From contig CAWCKH010000004.1 of assembly GCA_963796055.1 (NCBI GenBank), positions 2,624,001 to 2,688,000 of the forward strand: a DNA stretch of 64,000 bases. The letters run 5' to 3'. The notes beneath the pieces were generated by a model. It made no database searches and had not been told where the DNA came from. It worked only from the letters and a program-made list of their open reading frames with translations. Positions 10,354 through 21,243 of this stretch are shown here, piece by piece (position 1 is the first letter of the stretch; every line of letters starts with the position of its first letter). The position numbers were made by a program, and so were the translations under genes. Origin of the DNA: an uncultured delta proteobacterium (GTDB lineage: Bacteria; Myxococcota; Myxococcia; Myxococcales; Myxococcaceae).

Positions 10354-11580
10354 ATGTCGAGCGCCGCTCGCTGTATTCCCCCCAGAGGCCCGCCGGTGTT
10401 TCACCCCCCGGGGTGGATGACCGCCCTGCTGCTCGCGGCAGCGACGGGGTGCCACGAGGCGCCGGCCCCGCCTCCACCCTCGGCGCGTCCGCCGCCCCCC
10501 CTCACCCCTGCGCAGGTCCGTGCCGCGTTCCCCGAGGGCGTGGGCGAGCCGGGCGGCTGGGCGAAGGACGTCCTCGCCGCCTTCGCCGACGCGGGGCTGG
10601 TCCCGGACGCCGCCCGCGTCTGCGCGGTGGTGGCAGTGCTGCAGCAGGAGTCCGGGTTCCAGGCCGACCCGCCGGTCGCCAACCTGGGCGTCCTGGTCCG
10701 AGGCCGGCTCAACGAGGAGGCGGAGCGGTTCGGACCCCTGGGACCCGCAGCGATGGAGCGGCTCCTGGCCGACCGCGCCCCGGGCGACAAGCGGACCTTC
10801 GAGCAGCGCATCCGGCGGCTGCGGACCGAGCGCGAGCTCGACGTCCTGTTCCGCGACATGCTCGAGGCCGAGCGCCGCGAGCACCCGGCGATGCTCGCCA
10901 CCGCCAACCTGCTCGACACCTTGTTCCGCGGCCGCCGGCTCGAGGACCTGAACCCGGTCACCACCGCCGGGTCGATGCAGGTGAGCGTCCGCTGGGCGGT
11001 GGACTACGCCCGGAGCCGTGGCTGGCCCGACGACGAGCAGACGGTGCGGGACGCCCTCTACACCCGGGCCGGTGGCCTCCGGTTCGGCGTGCCCCGCCTC
11101 TGGGGGTACCCGCTGACGGACGCGGACGTGCTGTACCGGTTCGCCGACTACAACGCCGGCCAGTACGCCTCGCGGAACGCCGCGGTGCAGCGTGCCCTGG
11201 CCCAGCTCACCGACCTCCCCCTCGCTGCCGACGGCGACCTCCTGGTCTACGGGCCCGACGGACGCCCCACCGGCGAGGACAGCGAGACGCTCCGGGTGTT
11301 CCGGGTCTTCCGCGAGCGCTTCGTCCCCACGCTCCCCGAGGCGCGGCTCCGGCAGGACCTCGAGAAGGGCAAGGCGCAGGGGTTCGAGGAGACCCCCAGC
11401 TACCTCGCGCTCAGGCGCATCCACCGGGAACGGCTCGGGAGCCCCCTTCCTGGCGCGACCGTCCCCGAGCTGCAGCTGAAGAGCCCCAAGCTGCGGCGTG
11501 GCTACAGCACGGGGGCCTATGCCCGGAACGTGCTCCGCCACCACCGGGCGTGCCTGTCCAGACTGCACCCTCCGGAGTGA
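10354..11580 (+). CDS. DUF1615 (YaiW-like) lipoprotein
   Basis: QESGFQADPPV, TERELD, NPVTTAGSMQVSV and RFADYNAGQYASRNAA motifs; lipobox LAAATGC; true start may be 10396 or 10417. Confidence 0.85.
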   Translation: MSSAARCIPPRGPPVFHPPGWMTALLLAAATGCHEAPAPPPPSARPPPPLTPAQVRAAFPEGVGEPGGWAKDVLAAFADAGLVPDAARVCAVVAVLQQESGFQADPPVANLGVLVRGRLNEEAERFGPLGPAAMERLLADRAPGDKRTFEQRIRRLRTERELDVLFRDMLEAERREHPAMLATANLLDTLFRGRRLEDLNPVTTAGSMQVSVRWAVDYARSRGWPDDEQTVRDALYTRAGGLRFGVPRLWGYPLTDADVLYRFADYNAGQYASRNAAVQRALAQLTDLPLAADGDLLVYGPDGRPTGEDSETLRVFRVFRERFVPTLPEARLRQDLEKGKAQGFEETPSYLALRRIHRERLGSPLPGATVPELQLKSPKLRRGYSTGAYARNVLRHHRACLSRLHPPE

Positions 11581-11737
11581 GGCGGACGGGCCGCGCCCCT
11601 TGCCGCCGGGGCCCCCGGGCACTCCGACACAGGACGGGCACCCGGAGTTCACCGGCCCGTGCGCGCCCCGTCGAGCGCTTCCGGTACCCACCAGCATCCC
11701 TCCCCGCCTGGGGTTCAGACGACGAGAGGCTTGGCTG

Positions 11738-12448
11738 ATGGCCGTCGCGAAGGAAGACTGGTCGAGGCCGGCGTTCGAGCCAGGCGGCGGGGACGCTTCG
11801 CTCTTCTACCTGGTCTTCGGAGAGCTCGGGCTGGTGCGGCTCCCGCCCACGCCCTCGGGCCTGTCGCTCACCGTCCACCCGCAGGGCGAGGCGCGGCTGT
11901 GGGTCGAGCCCCTGGTGGCGGCCACTGACGCCGGAGAGGACGGGCAGCCGGCGCTCGCTGATCTGGTGCGCGGCGCACCCGACTTCGCGGTGCTCCGGGG
12001 ACAGCGGGCCGATCCGCCCGACCTTGCTCACCTGCGCGATGCCGAGTCGGTGCTCGCGGTGCTCCTCGAGGCCGGGGGAGCGGCGGTGCTCGACGTCGAG
12101 GCGCAGCGCTGGTGGACGCCGGCCGGCTTCCGCGGCGAGGTCCTCACCGGGGTACGTCCATCGGTGCGGGCGCACGTGTCGGTCCGGGCGCGGAAGGGGC
12201 TGGTGGAGACGCGTGGGCTGCGGAAGTTCGGTCGGCCCGACCTCCGTGTCCATCGGGTGCCGGCCGAGGCCGAGTCCGAGGCGGTGGGACTGTGCTGGAG
12301 CCTGGTCGAGCGGCTCGCCCGCGGTGCCCGGCCCGGTCCGAGCTTCTCCGCCGGTGGGCTGCGGCTCCGTCCCTCCGGTGAGCCGGGCCATCCGGCCCTC
12401 GAGGGAGAGTGGCCCGAGCCGCCGCTTCCGCGTGCCAGCAGCGCCTGA
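11738..12448 (+). CDS. Conserved hypothetical protein
   Basis: MAVAKEDWSRPAFEPGGGDASLFYLVFG...TRGLRKFGRPDL; coding-like composition. Confidence 0.7.
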   Translation: MAVAKEDWSRPAFEPGGGDASLFYLVFGELGLVRLPPTPSGLSLTVHPQGEARLWVEPLVAATDAGEDGQPALADLVRGAPDFAVLRGQRADPPDLAHLRDAESVLAVLLEAGGAAVLDVEAQRWWTPAGFRGEVLTGVRPSVRAHVSVRARKGLVETRGLRKFGRPDLRVHRVPAEAESEAVGLCWSLVERLARGARPGPSFSAGGLRLRPSGEPGHPALEGEWPEPPLPRASSA

Positions 12449-12463
12449 GCGGATGGGCGGGAA

Positions 12464-14617
12464 CTACGGAACCGAGGTCAGCGTCCCACCCGCCACGTCG
12501 AACTTCACCGTGGTGACCTTGGCCAGCAGCCCGGAGAGGTTGCTCGAGTAGTCCACCGTCACCTCGCCCTGCGGGATGAGGGTGAAGGTGGCGCGCGCCT
12601 TGGTGGCGTCGATGGCCAGGGTCAGGTAGCCGTGTGCGGAGGTGTTCACGTACTGGCTCGCCCCGCCGGAGCTCGCCTGAAAGAGCTGGGGCAGCAGATT
12701 GACCAGTGCGTTGTACACCGCGCCTCCGGGCTGGAACGCGGGGTCGGAGCTGAACGTGGTCACTGCCTCGCCGACCTGCTGGCCGATGGTCTGGGAGCTG
12801 ATGGCGGGGGAAGTGAGCAGGGCGATCTTCCCCCCGGTCGGCTTCTCGTTCCCGGCAAACGAGCCATGGATGTCACCGGAGAGACCGATGAGGTTGCTCA
12901 CACCCGACAGCTGGGCGAAGAGCTCGGCCCGCTTGTTGGGGAAGCCGTCCCACTGGTCCACGTCGAAGTAGAAGTTTCGGGCGTACTGCGCCGGGACACC
13001 CGTGGCGCCGGTGAGGTTCAGCTGCATGGAGATGAGCGAGACGCTGCTCACCAGCACCTTGTGGGTCGCGGTGGACTGGGTGAGCCGGGTCAGGACGAAG
13101 CTCTCCTGCTCGTTTCCGAAGGCGTTCTCGCTGGCCTTCGCCGTCTGCGCGTAGAGCAGCGCGGTGTAGAGGTCGTAGGCGTCCTTGACCGCCACGTAGC
13201 GGGATCCGAAGGCGGTGAAGAAGGACTGCTTGCCCACCAGCGCGTAGAACAGCCCCCGCTCGAGCCCGGTGGGCGGAATGGGTGACTGGCTTGCCGCCGC
13301 GAGCAGCTGATTGACCACCAGCAGCCCGAGCTTTCCCTGCACCACCCGCTGGGCGTAGGCGGCGGCGTCGGTCTGCGAGAGCCCCGCCTGTACGGCTCCG
13401 GCCGTGGTGACCGCGACGAGCGTGCCTTTGAGCTGCGCCTGCGAGGGCGGGTCCACGTCGATGTACTCGGCGACGCCCACCGGGAAGCTGGCGTCGAAGA
13501 TCGGTTGCGTGAGCACCTGGATGAGGGTGGCCTGGTCCGCCACCACCGTTCCGGGGAACGCGTCCTCGGGGACCGGGTGGTCCGGGCGGAAGCTGCGGTA
13601 GTCGGTCATCACCAGCTCGAGGTGCTTGCCGAACACGAAGCTCCGCCAGAGCTTCTGGTTCGGGTAGAGCTCGGCCCGCTCCGTGGTCACCACGTCGGTC
13701 TGCGGATCGGTGCCCGGGTTGCCCTCGTCCACCGGCAGGTACTCGAAGAAGGCCTGCTCGGCGTTCCGGCGCCGCTCGTCGTCCTTCTCGTCCCTCCGAC
13801 CGTCGAAGTAGGTGGCCACCGAGGCCCAGCAGTCGTCGGAGTACTCGTGGTCGTCCCAGGTGACGATCACCGGCCAGCGGGCGTGGACCTGCTGCAGCAA
13901 GGGGTCGCTCCGGTAGAGGCGGTAGAGGTCGCGGTAGTTGCCCACGCTCTTCGCCGCCAGGTCCCCGCCCCCGAGGTCGATCGCCTCCGAAGGAGCAGTG
14001 AATGCCACCGTGCGGGCGGCGATCGGCGTGCCGGTGGGGGCGGTGGTCTCGTAGATGTAGTCCCCGATGGCGACGAAGAAGTCGAGGTCCTCCGGGGCCG
14101 CGGTGAGCAGGTGCTGGTAGCTGTTCCAGTAGCGGCCCCCGTAGTCCTGGCAGTTGGCGACCGCGAAGCGGACCTGCACGTCGGACGAGGCCTCGGGAGC
14201 GGTTCGGGTACGACCGGCGGTCGAACGGTACCGGGTGCCGCTCACCGCGTAGCTGAAGCGGTAGTAGTAGGTCGTCGCCGCGGTCAGTCCCTTCACCCGC
14301 ACCTTGATGCAGCCGTCGTGCGCGGCGGTGGCGGTGAGCCCGTCCTTCTGGACCACCAGTCGGCTGAAGGCGCTGTCCAGCGCGACCTCGAGACGGAGCG
14401 CGAGGTCCCCGGTGCTTCCGGGGTTCAGCGCCCGGGTCCAGAGGATGACCGTCGCCTGGCGAGGATCTCCCGAGGCCACGCCCTGGGGGAACCGCCGGGC
14501 GGTCTCGTCAGCGCCGCCGGTCGTCTCTCCCTCGTCCCCGCAGCCGGTGAAGGCCGAGGCAGCGCCGAGCACCACGATGCTGCGAAGGATCGTCCTGCGG
14601 TCGAAAGTGCTGGCCAT
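12464..14617 (-). CDS. phoD: Alkaline phosphatase D family, Tat-exported lipoprotein
   Basis: DRRTILRS Tat signal and FTGC lipobox; FPQGVASGDP, GDYIYE, WDDHE, DQWDGF and SGDIH motifs. Confidence 0.92.
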   Translation of the reverse strand: MASTFDRRTILRSIVVLGAASAFTGCGDEGETTGGADETARRFPQGVASGDPRQATVILWTRALNPGSTGDLALRLEVALDSAFSRLVVQKDGLTATAAHDGCIKVRVKGLTAATTYYYRFSYAVSGTRYRSTAGRTRTAPEASSDVQVRFAVANCQDYGGRYWNSYQHLLTAAPEDLDFFVAIGDYIYETTAPTGTPIAARTVAFTAPSEAIDLGGGDLAAKSVGNYRDLYRLYRSDPLLQQVHARWPVIVTWDDHEYSDDCWASVATYFDGRRDEKDDERRRNAEQAFFEYLPVDEGNPGTDPQTDVVTTERAELYPNQKLWRSFVFGKHLELVMTDYRSFRPDHPVPEDAFPGTVVADQATLIQVLTQPIFDASFPVGVAEYIDVDPPSQAQLKGTLVAVTTAGAVQAGLSQTDAAAYAQRVVQGKLGLLVVNQLLAAASQSPIPPTGLERGLFYALVGKQSFFTAFGSRYVAVKDAYDLYTALLYAQTAKASENAFGNEQESFVLTRLTQSTATHKVLVSSVSLISMQLNLTGATGVPAQYARNFYFDVDQWDGFPNKRAELFAQLSGVSNLIGLSGDIHGSFAGNEKPTGGKIALLTSPAISSQTIGQQVGEAVTTFSSDPAFQPGGAVYNALVNLLPQLFQASSGGASQYVNTSAHGYLTLAIDATKARATFTLIPQGEVTVDYSSNLSGLLAKVTTVKFDVAGGTLTSVP

Positions 14618-14726
14618 GGGTCCCCCCTGCCGGTGAAAAGGGCCAGCATCGTGCCTCCTGTTGACCGGCCTGTCAGCTCCCACGGCGGTGCTGCAGCTGG
14701 GTTGTGGTGTAGACTCCCGGCCCTTC

Positions 14727-15995
<1,269 letters not shown>

Positions 15996-16045
15996 CCCCC
16001 GTGCGGCGTTGACAGCGGCTTCCCGAGGGTGGGATGCCACGGGGC

Positions 16046-16477
16046 ATGCGCGAGAACGAGATGCCGGTCACGGTGTCGCTCACGCGTGCCGATGGCACCG
16101 TCGAGCAGGTGCAGGTCGGAACCGCCGTGCGCCGCGGGGACGGGTTCAGCGTGCGTCTGGCCGAGCTCACCATCGGGGGCGAGGGCGCCGCCCGTGCCGC
16201 TCCGTCGCGGCGTGCGGCCTCCGGGGCTCCAGGCGAGCCGCCGGCGGTCTTCCCTCCGTACGGGCGCAGTCGGGGCATGCCCATCCGCGGAGCGAGCGCG
16301 CAGGACCTCGAATTCTACGCCACCGGGGCGCGCCGCACCCTGGCGGACCCGGGCAAGGCCCGCTTCCACGACAAGGAGCGGGCGCTGCTGGCAGCCATCG
16401 AGGCCGAGCAAGCGCGCCAGGGTGCTGGCGGCGGAGCCGAGGAGGAGCCACCTTCTCCGGAAGAGGAGCAGTTCTGA
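16046..16477 (+). CDS. Hypothetical protein with acidic Phe-terminated tail
   Basis: Beta-rich N-terminus, FPPYGRSRG motif, ends in PPSPEEEQF; fills the gap between the aminotransferase and TerC genes. Confidence 0.75.
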   Translation: MRENEMPVTVSLTRADGTVEQVQVGTAVRRGDGFSVRLAELTIGGEGAARAAPSRRAASGAPGEPPAVFPPYGRSRGMPIRGASAQDLEFYATGARRTLADPGKARFHDKERALLAAIEAEQARQGAGGGAEEEPPSPEEEQF

Positions 16478-16502
16478 GCCTCGCCTCACCCTGGACGTTC
16501 AC

Positions 16503-17276
16503 GTGTTCGACCTCGCACCGTTCCTGCGGCTCGACGGCTGGATCAGCCTGCTGACCCTCACCGCCCTGGAGGTGGTGCTGGGCATCGACAACCTGGTCTT
16601 CCTCTCGATCATGACCGGGAAGCTCCCCGCGGAGCGTCAACCGCTGGCGCGCCGGCTGGGGCTCGGCCTGGCGCTGGTGATGCGGGTCCTGCTGCTGCTC
16701 GCGATGTCGTGGCTGGTGACGCTGGAGAGAAATCTCTTCACCGTGTTCGGAGAGGGGTTCAGCGGGCGCGATCTGATCCTCATCGGCGGCGGGCTGTTCC
16801 TGGTGGGGAAGGCGACGCACGAGATCTTCGACCGGATGGAGGTCGACCATTCGTCCGAGGCGCGCCGGAAGCCACACGCCTCGTTCGGGACGGTGGTGAC
16901 GCAGATCGTGCTCCTGGACCTGGTGTTCTCCATCGACTCGGTCATCACCGCGGTGGGGATGGCCCGGTCGCTGTCGATCATGGTGGCGGCGGTGGTCATC
17001 GCGGTGCTGGTGATGCTCGTCTTCGCCGGACCGATCAGCGCCTTCGTCGAGCGCCACCCGAGTCTCAAGATCCTCGCCCTGTCGTTCCTGATCCTGATCG
17101 GCGTGGTGCTCGTCGCCGACGGGACGGGCCAGCACATCCCCAAGGGCTACGTGTACTTCGCGATGGCCTTCTCGCTCGGGGTGGAGCTGCTGAACCTCAA
17201 GCTCCGCGCGCGGCAGGCGGCACCGGTGAAGCTGCACGGCCCCTTCGAGGGCGAGCGCCCCGCCCCTGAGGCTTGA
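16503..17276 (+). CDS. TerC family integral membrane protein
   Basis: LEVVLGIDN, DLVFSIDSVITAVG and IPKGYVYFAMAFS motifs; GTG start inferred. Confidence 0.92.
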   Translation: MFDLAPFLRLDGWISLLTLTALEVVLGIDNLVFLSIMTGKLPAERQPLARRLGLGLALVMRVLLLLAMSWLVTLERNLFTVFGEGFSGRDLILIGGGLFLVGKATHEIFDRMEVDHSSEARRKPHASFGTVVTQIVLLDLVFSIDSVITAVGMARSLSIMVAAVVIAVLVMLVFAGPISAFVERHPSLKILALSFLILIGVVLVADGTGQHIPKGYVYFAMAFSLGVELLNLKLRARQAAPVKLHGPFEGERPAPEA

Positions 17277-17288
17277 GCACCCCGACAG

Positions 17289-17405
17289 CTACTTGCCCGG
17301 AGGGGGTCTCGCCGCCAGCGCCGCCTTGCACTCCTCGCTCAATTCCGGCGCGTGCTCGTTCAGGCACACCGCGACCCGGCCCCTGCCAGGGGGGATCCAA
17401 CACCA
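17289..17405 (-). pseudogene. Start-less remnant of a cysteine-rich repeat protein
   Basis: Reads CWIPPGRGRVAVCLNEHAPELSEECKAALAARPPPGK*; no start codon between it and the GST stop. Confidence 0.45.
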
Positions 17406-17456
17406 CGGAGGCGCCCACCCGGGTGACGATTCTGCGAGGCCCCCGGGGAAGCTTCT

Positions 17457-18095
17457 TCAGTACGGGACGAACGGGGTCCGCTTCCGGTCCACCCACTTCC
17501 GCACGCTCGGGCGCGACCAGACCGCGTCCGCGAAGCGCTGCACCTTGTCCCCCAGCGGGTGACCGCTCCTTCCCAGGCGCTGCAGCATGAACGTCAGGTC
17601 TGCGTCGGCGAGGCTGAACCTCCCGAACAGCGACGTCGCCCCCGGCGCAACGAGCGCGTTAGCGACGGTGAGGAGCTTGGCCGCGGCCTGCTGCGCCTTC
17701 TCCGACAGCGGCTGGGTCGCCGGCTGGTAGAAGATGGTCTCCGCGGACCGCTCCTCGCGGATCGGCATCAGATCGCTGCGTACCCAGGCCATGACCTGCC
17801 GGGCGCGGGCACGCTGCTGGACATCCTCGGGGAGGAGCCGCGGCGATCCGGGAAACGCCTCCTCGAGGTACTCGGCGATGGCGCTCGACTCCGAGAGGTG
17901 GAAGTCGCGGTGGCGGAGCATCGGCACCCGCCCAGTCAGCGAGCGGCGGGCGTACTCCGGAGCGCGGAACTCCGCCCGGTGCATCGCCACCTCCTCCACG
18001 TCGTAGGCGAGCTTCTTCTCCTCCAGCGCCACGAAGGACGAGAAGGCGTAGGGACTGATCCAGAACGCATCCACCCACAGGGTCAGGTCGGCCAT
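17457..18095 (-). CDS. yfcF: Glutathione S-transferase, YfcF-like
   Basis: LWVDAFWISPYAFSSFVALEEK, SLTGRVP, LSESSAIAEYL and RARQVMAWVRSDLMPIREER motifs. Confidence 0.85.
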   Translation of the reverse strand: MADLTLWVDAFWISPYAFSSFVALEEKKLAYDVEEVAMHRAEFRAPEYARRSLTGRVPMLRHRDFHLSESSAIAEYLEEAFPGSPRLLPEDVQQRARARQVMAWVRSDLMPIREERSAETIFYQPATQPLSEKAQQAAAKLLTVANALVAPGATSLFGRFSLADADLTFMLQRLGRSGHPLGDKVQRFADAVWSRPSVRKWVDRKRTPFVPY

Positions 18096-18138
18096 GGTCC
18101 GACCGTCGCACGTCCGGCGTCCCGCCGGCCATCACAGT

Positions 18139-21100
18139 TCAGGCGGCGACCCGCGAGGGGAACGGTCCGGGGGCGGGCGTGGCCGCAACCGCCGGCTCGC
18201 GCTCCACCTCCGGGGCGAGCAGCTCGTAGACCACCGGCGTCACCAGCCGGGTGAGGATGGTCGAGCTGAGCAGGCCGCCGATGATGACCCAGGCCAGCGG
18301 GGAGTAGAGCGACGAGTTCTCCAGCGCCAGCGGGAGGAGGCCGCCCAGGGCCGTGGCGGTGGTGAGGAGGATGGGGATGAAGCGCGTCTTCCCCGCCTCC
18401 TGGATCGCCTCGCGAAGCCCCATGCCCTTCGCCCGGAGCTGGTTGGTGAAGTCCACCAGGAGGATGGAGTTCTTCACCTCGATGCCGATCAGGGCGATGA
18501 AGCCGATCGCCGCGGTGAAGCTCAGGGTGTTGCCGGTGAGCCCGAGCGCCAGCACCCCGCCGATGATGCCCAGCGGGATCACCGAGGCGACGATCGCCGT
18601 GCTCTTGAAGGTCCGGAACTCGAGCACCAGCACCGCCAGCACTCCGAAGGCGGCGACGATGATCGCCGAGCCCAGCCCGCCGAAGCTCTCCTGCCGGCTC
18701 TCGTATTCGCCCGCGGGGACGATGCGGTAGCCCGGGGGGAGCTTCAGGCCCGCCACCTTGGCCAGCACCGCCCGGGTCACCTTGTCGGTGTTGTACCCGG
18801 GCTGCACGTCCGAGGTGAGGGTGATGCTCCGCTCCTTGTTGTAGTGGTTGATCGTGGTGGGCGAGCCCTCGAGCTCGAGACGCGAGAGCTGGCCCAGCGG
18901 CACCTGGCCCCCCAGCGCACTCGGGACGTAGACCCGGTCCAGCGCGTCGAGGCTCGGCCGCGCCTCGGCGCGGGGGAGCATCACGTTGATCTTGTACGCC
19001 TCGTCCACCTGCCCCTCGGCCCGGTAGCGACCCACCTCGATCCCCGCCAGCCCCATCCGGACGCTCCGGTCGAGGTCGACCAGGGCCACGCCCTGGAGCC
19101 CGGCCTTGTCCCGGTCGATGGACACCCGGAGGTCCGCCTTCCGCTCGGTGCTGGGGTTCCGGACGTAGGTCGTCCCCGGAACCTCCAGCAAGAGCTTCTC
19201 CACCTCGGCCGCCAGCGGCTCGAGGACCTCGAAGCGCTCCCCGATGACCCGCACCGCGACCGGGGCGTCGAGCGGGGGGCCGTTCTCGAACTCCTTGAGC
19301 TCGATCTTCGCCCCGGGGTACCGGGAGAACCGGCCGCGTAGCTCTGCGACGAGCCGGGCCATCTCCGCGGGGTGGAGGTCGGCGGTGGTGACGAAGACCT
19401 CGGCGATGTTCGACTTCTGGTTCTTCGGAGAGACGTTGTAATAATTGCGCGGGTTGCCCTCGCCCACGTTGGCCATCACCGCTCGCACCTCGCGCCGGGC
19501 GGCCAGCTGGTCCTCCACGAAACGCACCGCCTGATCCGTGGCCCCGAGGTTGCTCCCGTCGGGTGTCTCCACCATCACCATGAACTGCGGCAACCCAGCC
19601 TTGGGGAAGAGGCTGAAGCCGATCAGCGGGACCAGGGCCACGCTCCCGGCGAAGAGCGCCGTGGCGACTCCCACCGTGAGCCAGGGACGGGCCAGCGCCC
19701 GGTGCAGCACCCGCCGGTAGGACAGGTCCACCGCGCGGTTGAGCGTGCGGAGGAACCAGTTGCCCTCCGGGTGCTCCTCCCTGCGAAGCATCAGGCTGGC
19801 CAGGAAGGGGATGATGGTCAGCGAGACGAACAGCGAGGCCAGCACGGTGAACACCACCGCCATCAGCATGCTGCGGATGAAGAGCCCGGGCGCTCCGGGG
19901 AGGAAGAGCAGGGGGAGGAAGGCGAAGACCAGGGTCGCGGTGCAACCGAGCACCGAGACGCCGATCTGCCGGGTGGCCTCCACCGCGGCCTCGGTCCGCG
20001 AGTGCCCCTCGCGCAGGAAGCGGGTGATGTTCTCCACCACCACGATCGAGTCGTCGACCAGCAACCCGAGGGCGATGACGAAGCCCACGATGCTCAGCTG
20101 GTTGATGCTCAACCCAGCAGCGTGCAGCGCCGCCACCCCGATCGCCAGCGAGAGCGGGATGGAGATCATCACCACCAGCGCCGCCCGCCACCCCAGGGGC
20201 AGCAGGGTGAGCAGGACCAGCGCGATGGCCAGCCCGAAGTCGCGGACGAATCCGTCCAGCCGGTGGGCGACGTTACGCGCCTGATCGAACCCCACCTCCA
20301 GCTGCACCGACGGGGGGAGGTCGCGCCGGAAGTCGGCCAGCTGCTTCTCCAGCCCCTTCCGGGTCTGGAAGACGTTCTGCCCGTCCCGCTGGGCGACGGT
20401 GACGAACACCGCGCGCCGGCCGTCGAAGCGACCGAGGTGCGTGGCCTCCGAGTCCCGGAGCTCCACGTGCGCCACGTCGCGCAGCCGGACCAGCGCCTCG
20501 CCCCGCGCCGCCACCACCGTGTCCTCCACCTGGGCGATGGAGGCGTAGTCGCCGCTGGTCTTCACGTTGAACTTGCGCTTGCCCACGTCGACGCTTCCGG
20601 CGGGGATGTTGGCGTTGGTCGCCTGGATCGCGCCGACGACTTGCAGCGGGGCGATGCCCAGTGCCGCCAGCCGCTCGAGGTCCAGCGCCACCCGGACCTC
20701 CTGGACCGGGTACGCCCAGCGCGCGGCGTCCTTGGTGCCCGGGACCGTGTCCAGGCGCTTCTTCAGCCGGTCGGCCATTTGCTGGAGGCTCAGGTACGAG
20801 GCGGTGTCCGAGACCAGCGCCACCTGGAGGATGTTCACGTTGGAGGCGTTGAACTTCTTGACCTCGATGCTCTGGAGATCGGCGGGAAGGGTGGGGCGGA
20901 GGGCGTTCAGCTCGCGCAGCACGTCGTCGTACTTCCGGTCGGGATCGGTCCCGGCGTTGAACTCGATGTTCAGGACCGCCAGCCCGTCGCTCATCTCCGA
21001 CCTGAGCGTCTTCACGTCGTCGAGCGCCTTGAGCTTGGCCTCGATGGGATCGACCACCAGCTTCTCGAGGTCGGTGGGCACCGCCCCCGGGTAGACCACG

Positions 21101-21243
21101 GCGATGGAGAAGTTGGGGTAGGGGAAGCTCGGGTCCTCGGCCTTGGGGATGCTGAGCAGGGACGACCCGCCGAGGGCGGCGAGCATCCCGAAGACCACCA
21201 CCGTGAACTGCCAGCGACGGACGGAGAACGCGGCGAGGTTCAT
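18139..21243 (-). CDS. RND efflux permease (AcrB/AcrD/AcrF family)
   Basis: 1034 aa; ALGLLVDDSIVVVENI, GIEVKNSILLVDF and RFIPILLTT motifs. Confidence 0.95.
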   Translation of the reverse strand: MNLAAFSVRRWQFTVVVFGMLAALGGSSLLSIPKAEDPSFPYPNFSIAVVYPGAVPTDLEKLVVDPIEAKLKALDDVKTLRSEMSDGLAVLNIEFNAGTDPDRKYDDVLRELNALRPTLPADLQSIEVKKFNASNVNILQVALVSDTASYLSLQQMADRLKKRLDTVPGTKDAARWAYPVQEVRVALDLERLAALGIAPLQVVGAIQATNANIPAGSVDVGKRKFNVKTSGDYASIAQVEDTVVAARGEALVRLRDVAHVELRDSEATHLGRFDGRRAVFVTVAQRDGQNVFQTRKGLEKQLADFRRDLPPSVQLEVGFDQARNVAHRLDGFVRDFGLAIALVLLTLLPLGWRAALVVMISIPLSLAIGVAALHAAGLSINQLSIVGFVIALGLLVDDSIVVVENITRFLREGHSRTEAAVEATRQIGVSVLGCTATLVFAFLPLLFLPGAPGLFIRSMLMAVVFTVLASLFVSLTIIPFLASLMLRREEHPEGNWFLRTLNRAVDLSYRRVLHRALARPWLTVGVATALFAGSVALVPLIGFSLFPKAGLPQFMVMVETPDGSNLGATDQAVRFVEDQLAARREVRAVMANVGEGNPRNYYNVSPKNQKSNIAEVFVTTADLHPAEMARLVAELRGRFSRYPGAKIELKEFENGPPLDAPVAVRVIGERFEVLEPLAAEVEKLLLEVPGTTYVRNPSTERKADLRVSIDRDKAGLQGVALVDLDRSVRMGLAGIEVGRYRAEGQVDEAYKINVMLPRAEARPSLDALDRVYVPSALGGQVPLGQLSRLELEGSPTTINHYNKERSITLTSDVQPGYNTDKVTRAVLAKVAGLKLPPGYRIVPAGEYESRQESFGGLGSAIIVAAFGVLAVLVLEFRTFKSTAIVASVIPLGIIGGVLALGLTGNTLSFTAAIGFIALIGIEVKNSILLVDFTNQLRAKGMGLREAIQEAGKTRFIPILLTTATALGGLLPLALENSSLYSPLAWVIIGGLLSSTILTRLVTPVVYELLAPEVEREPAVAATPAPGPFPSRVAA

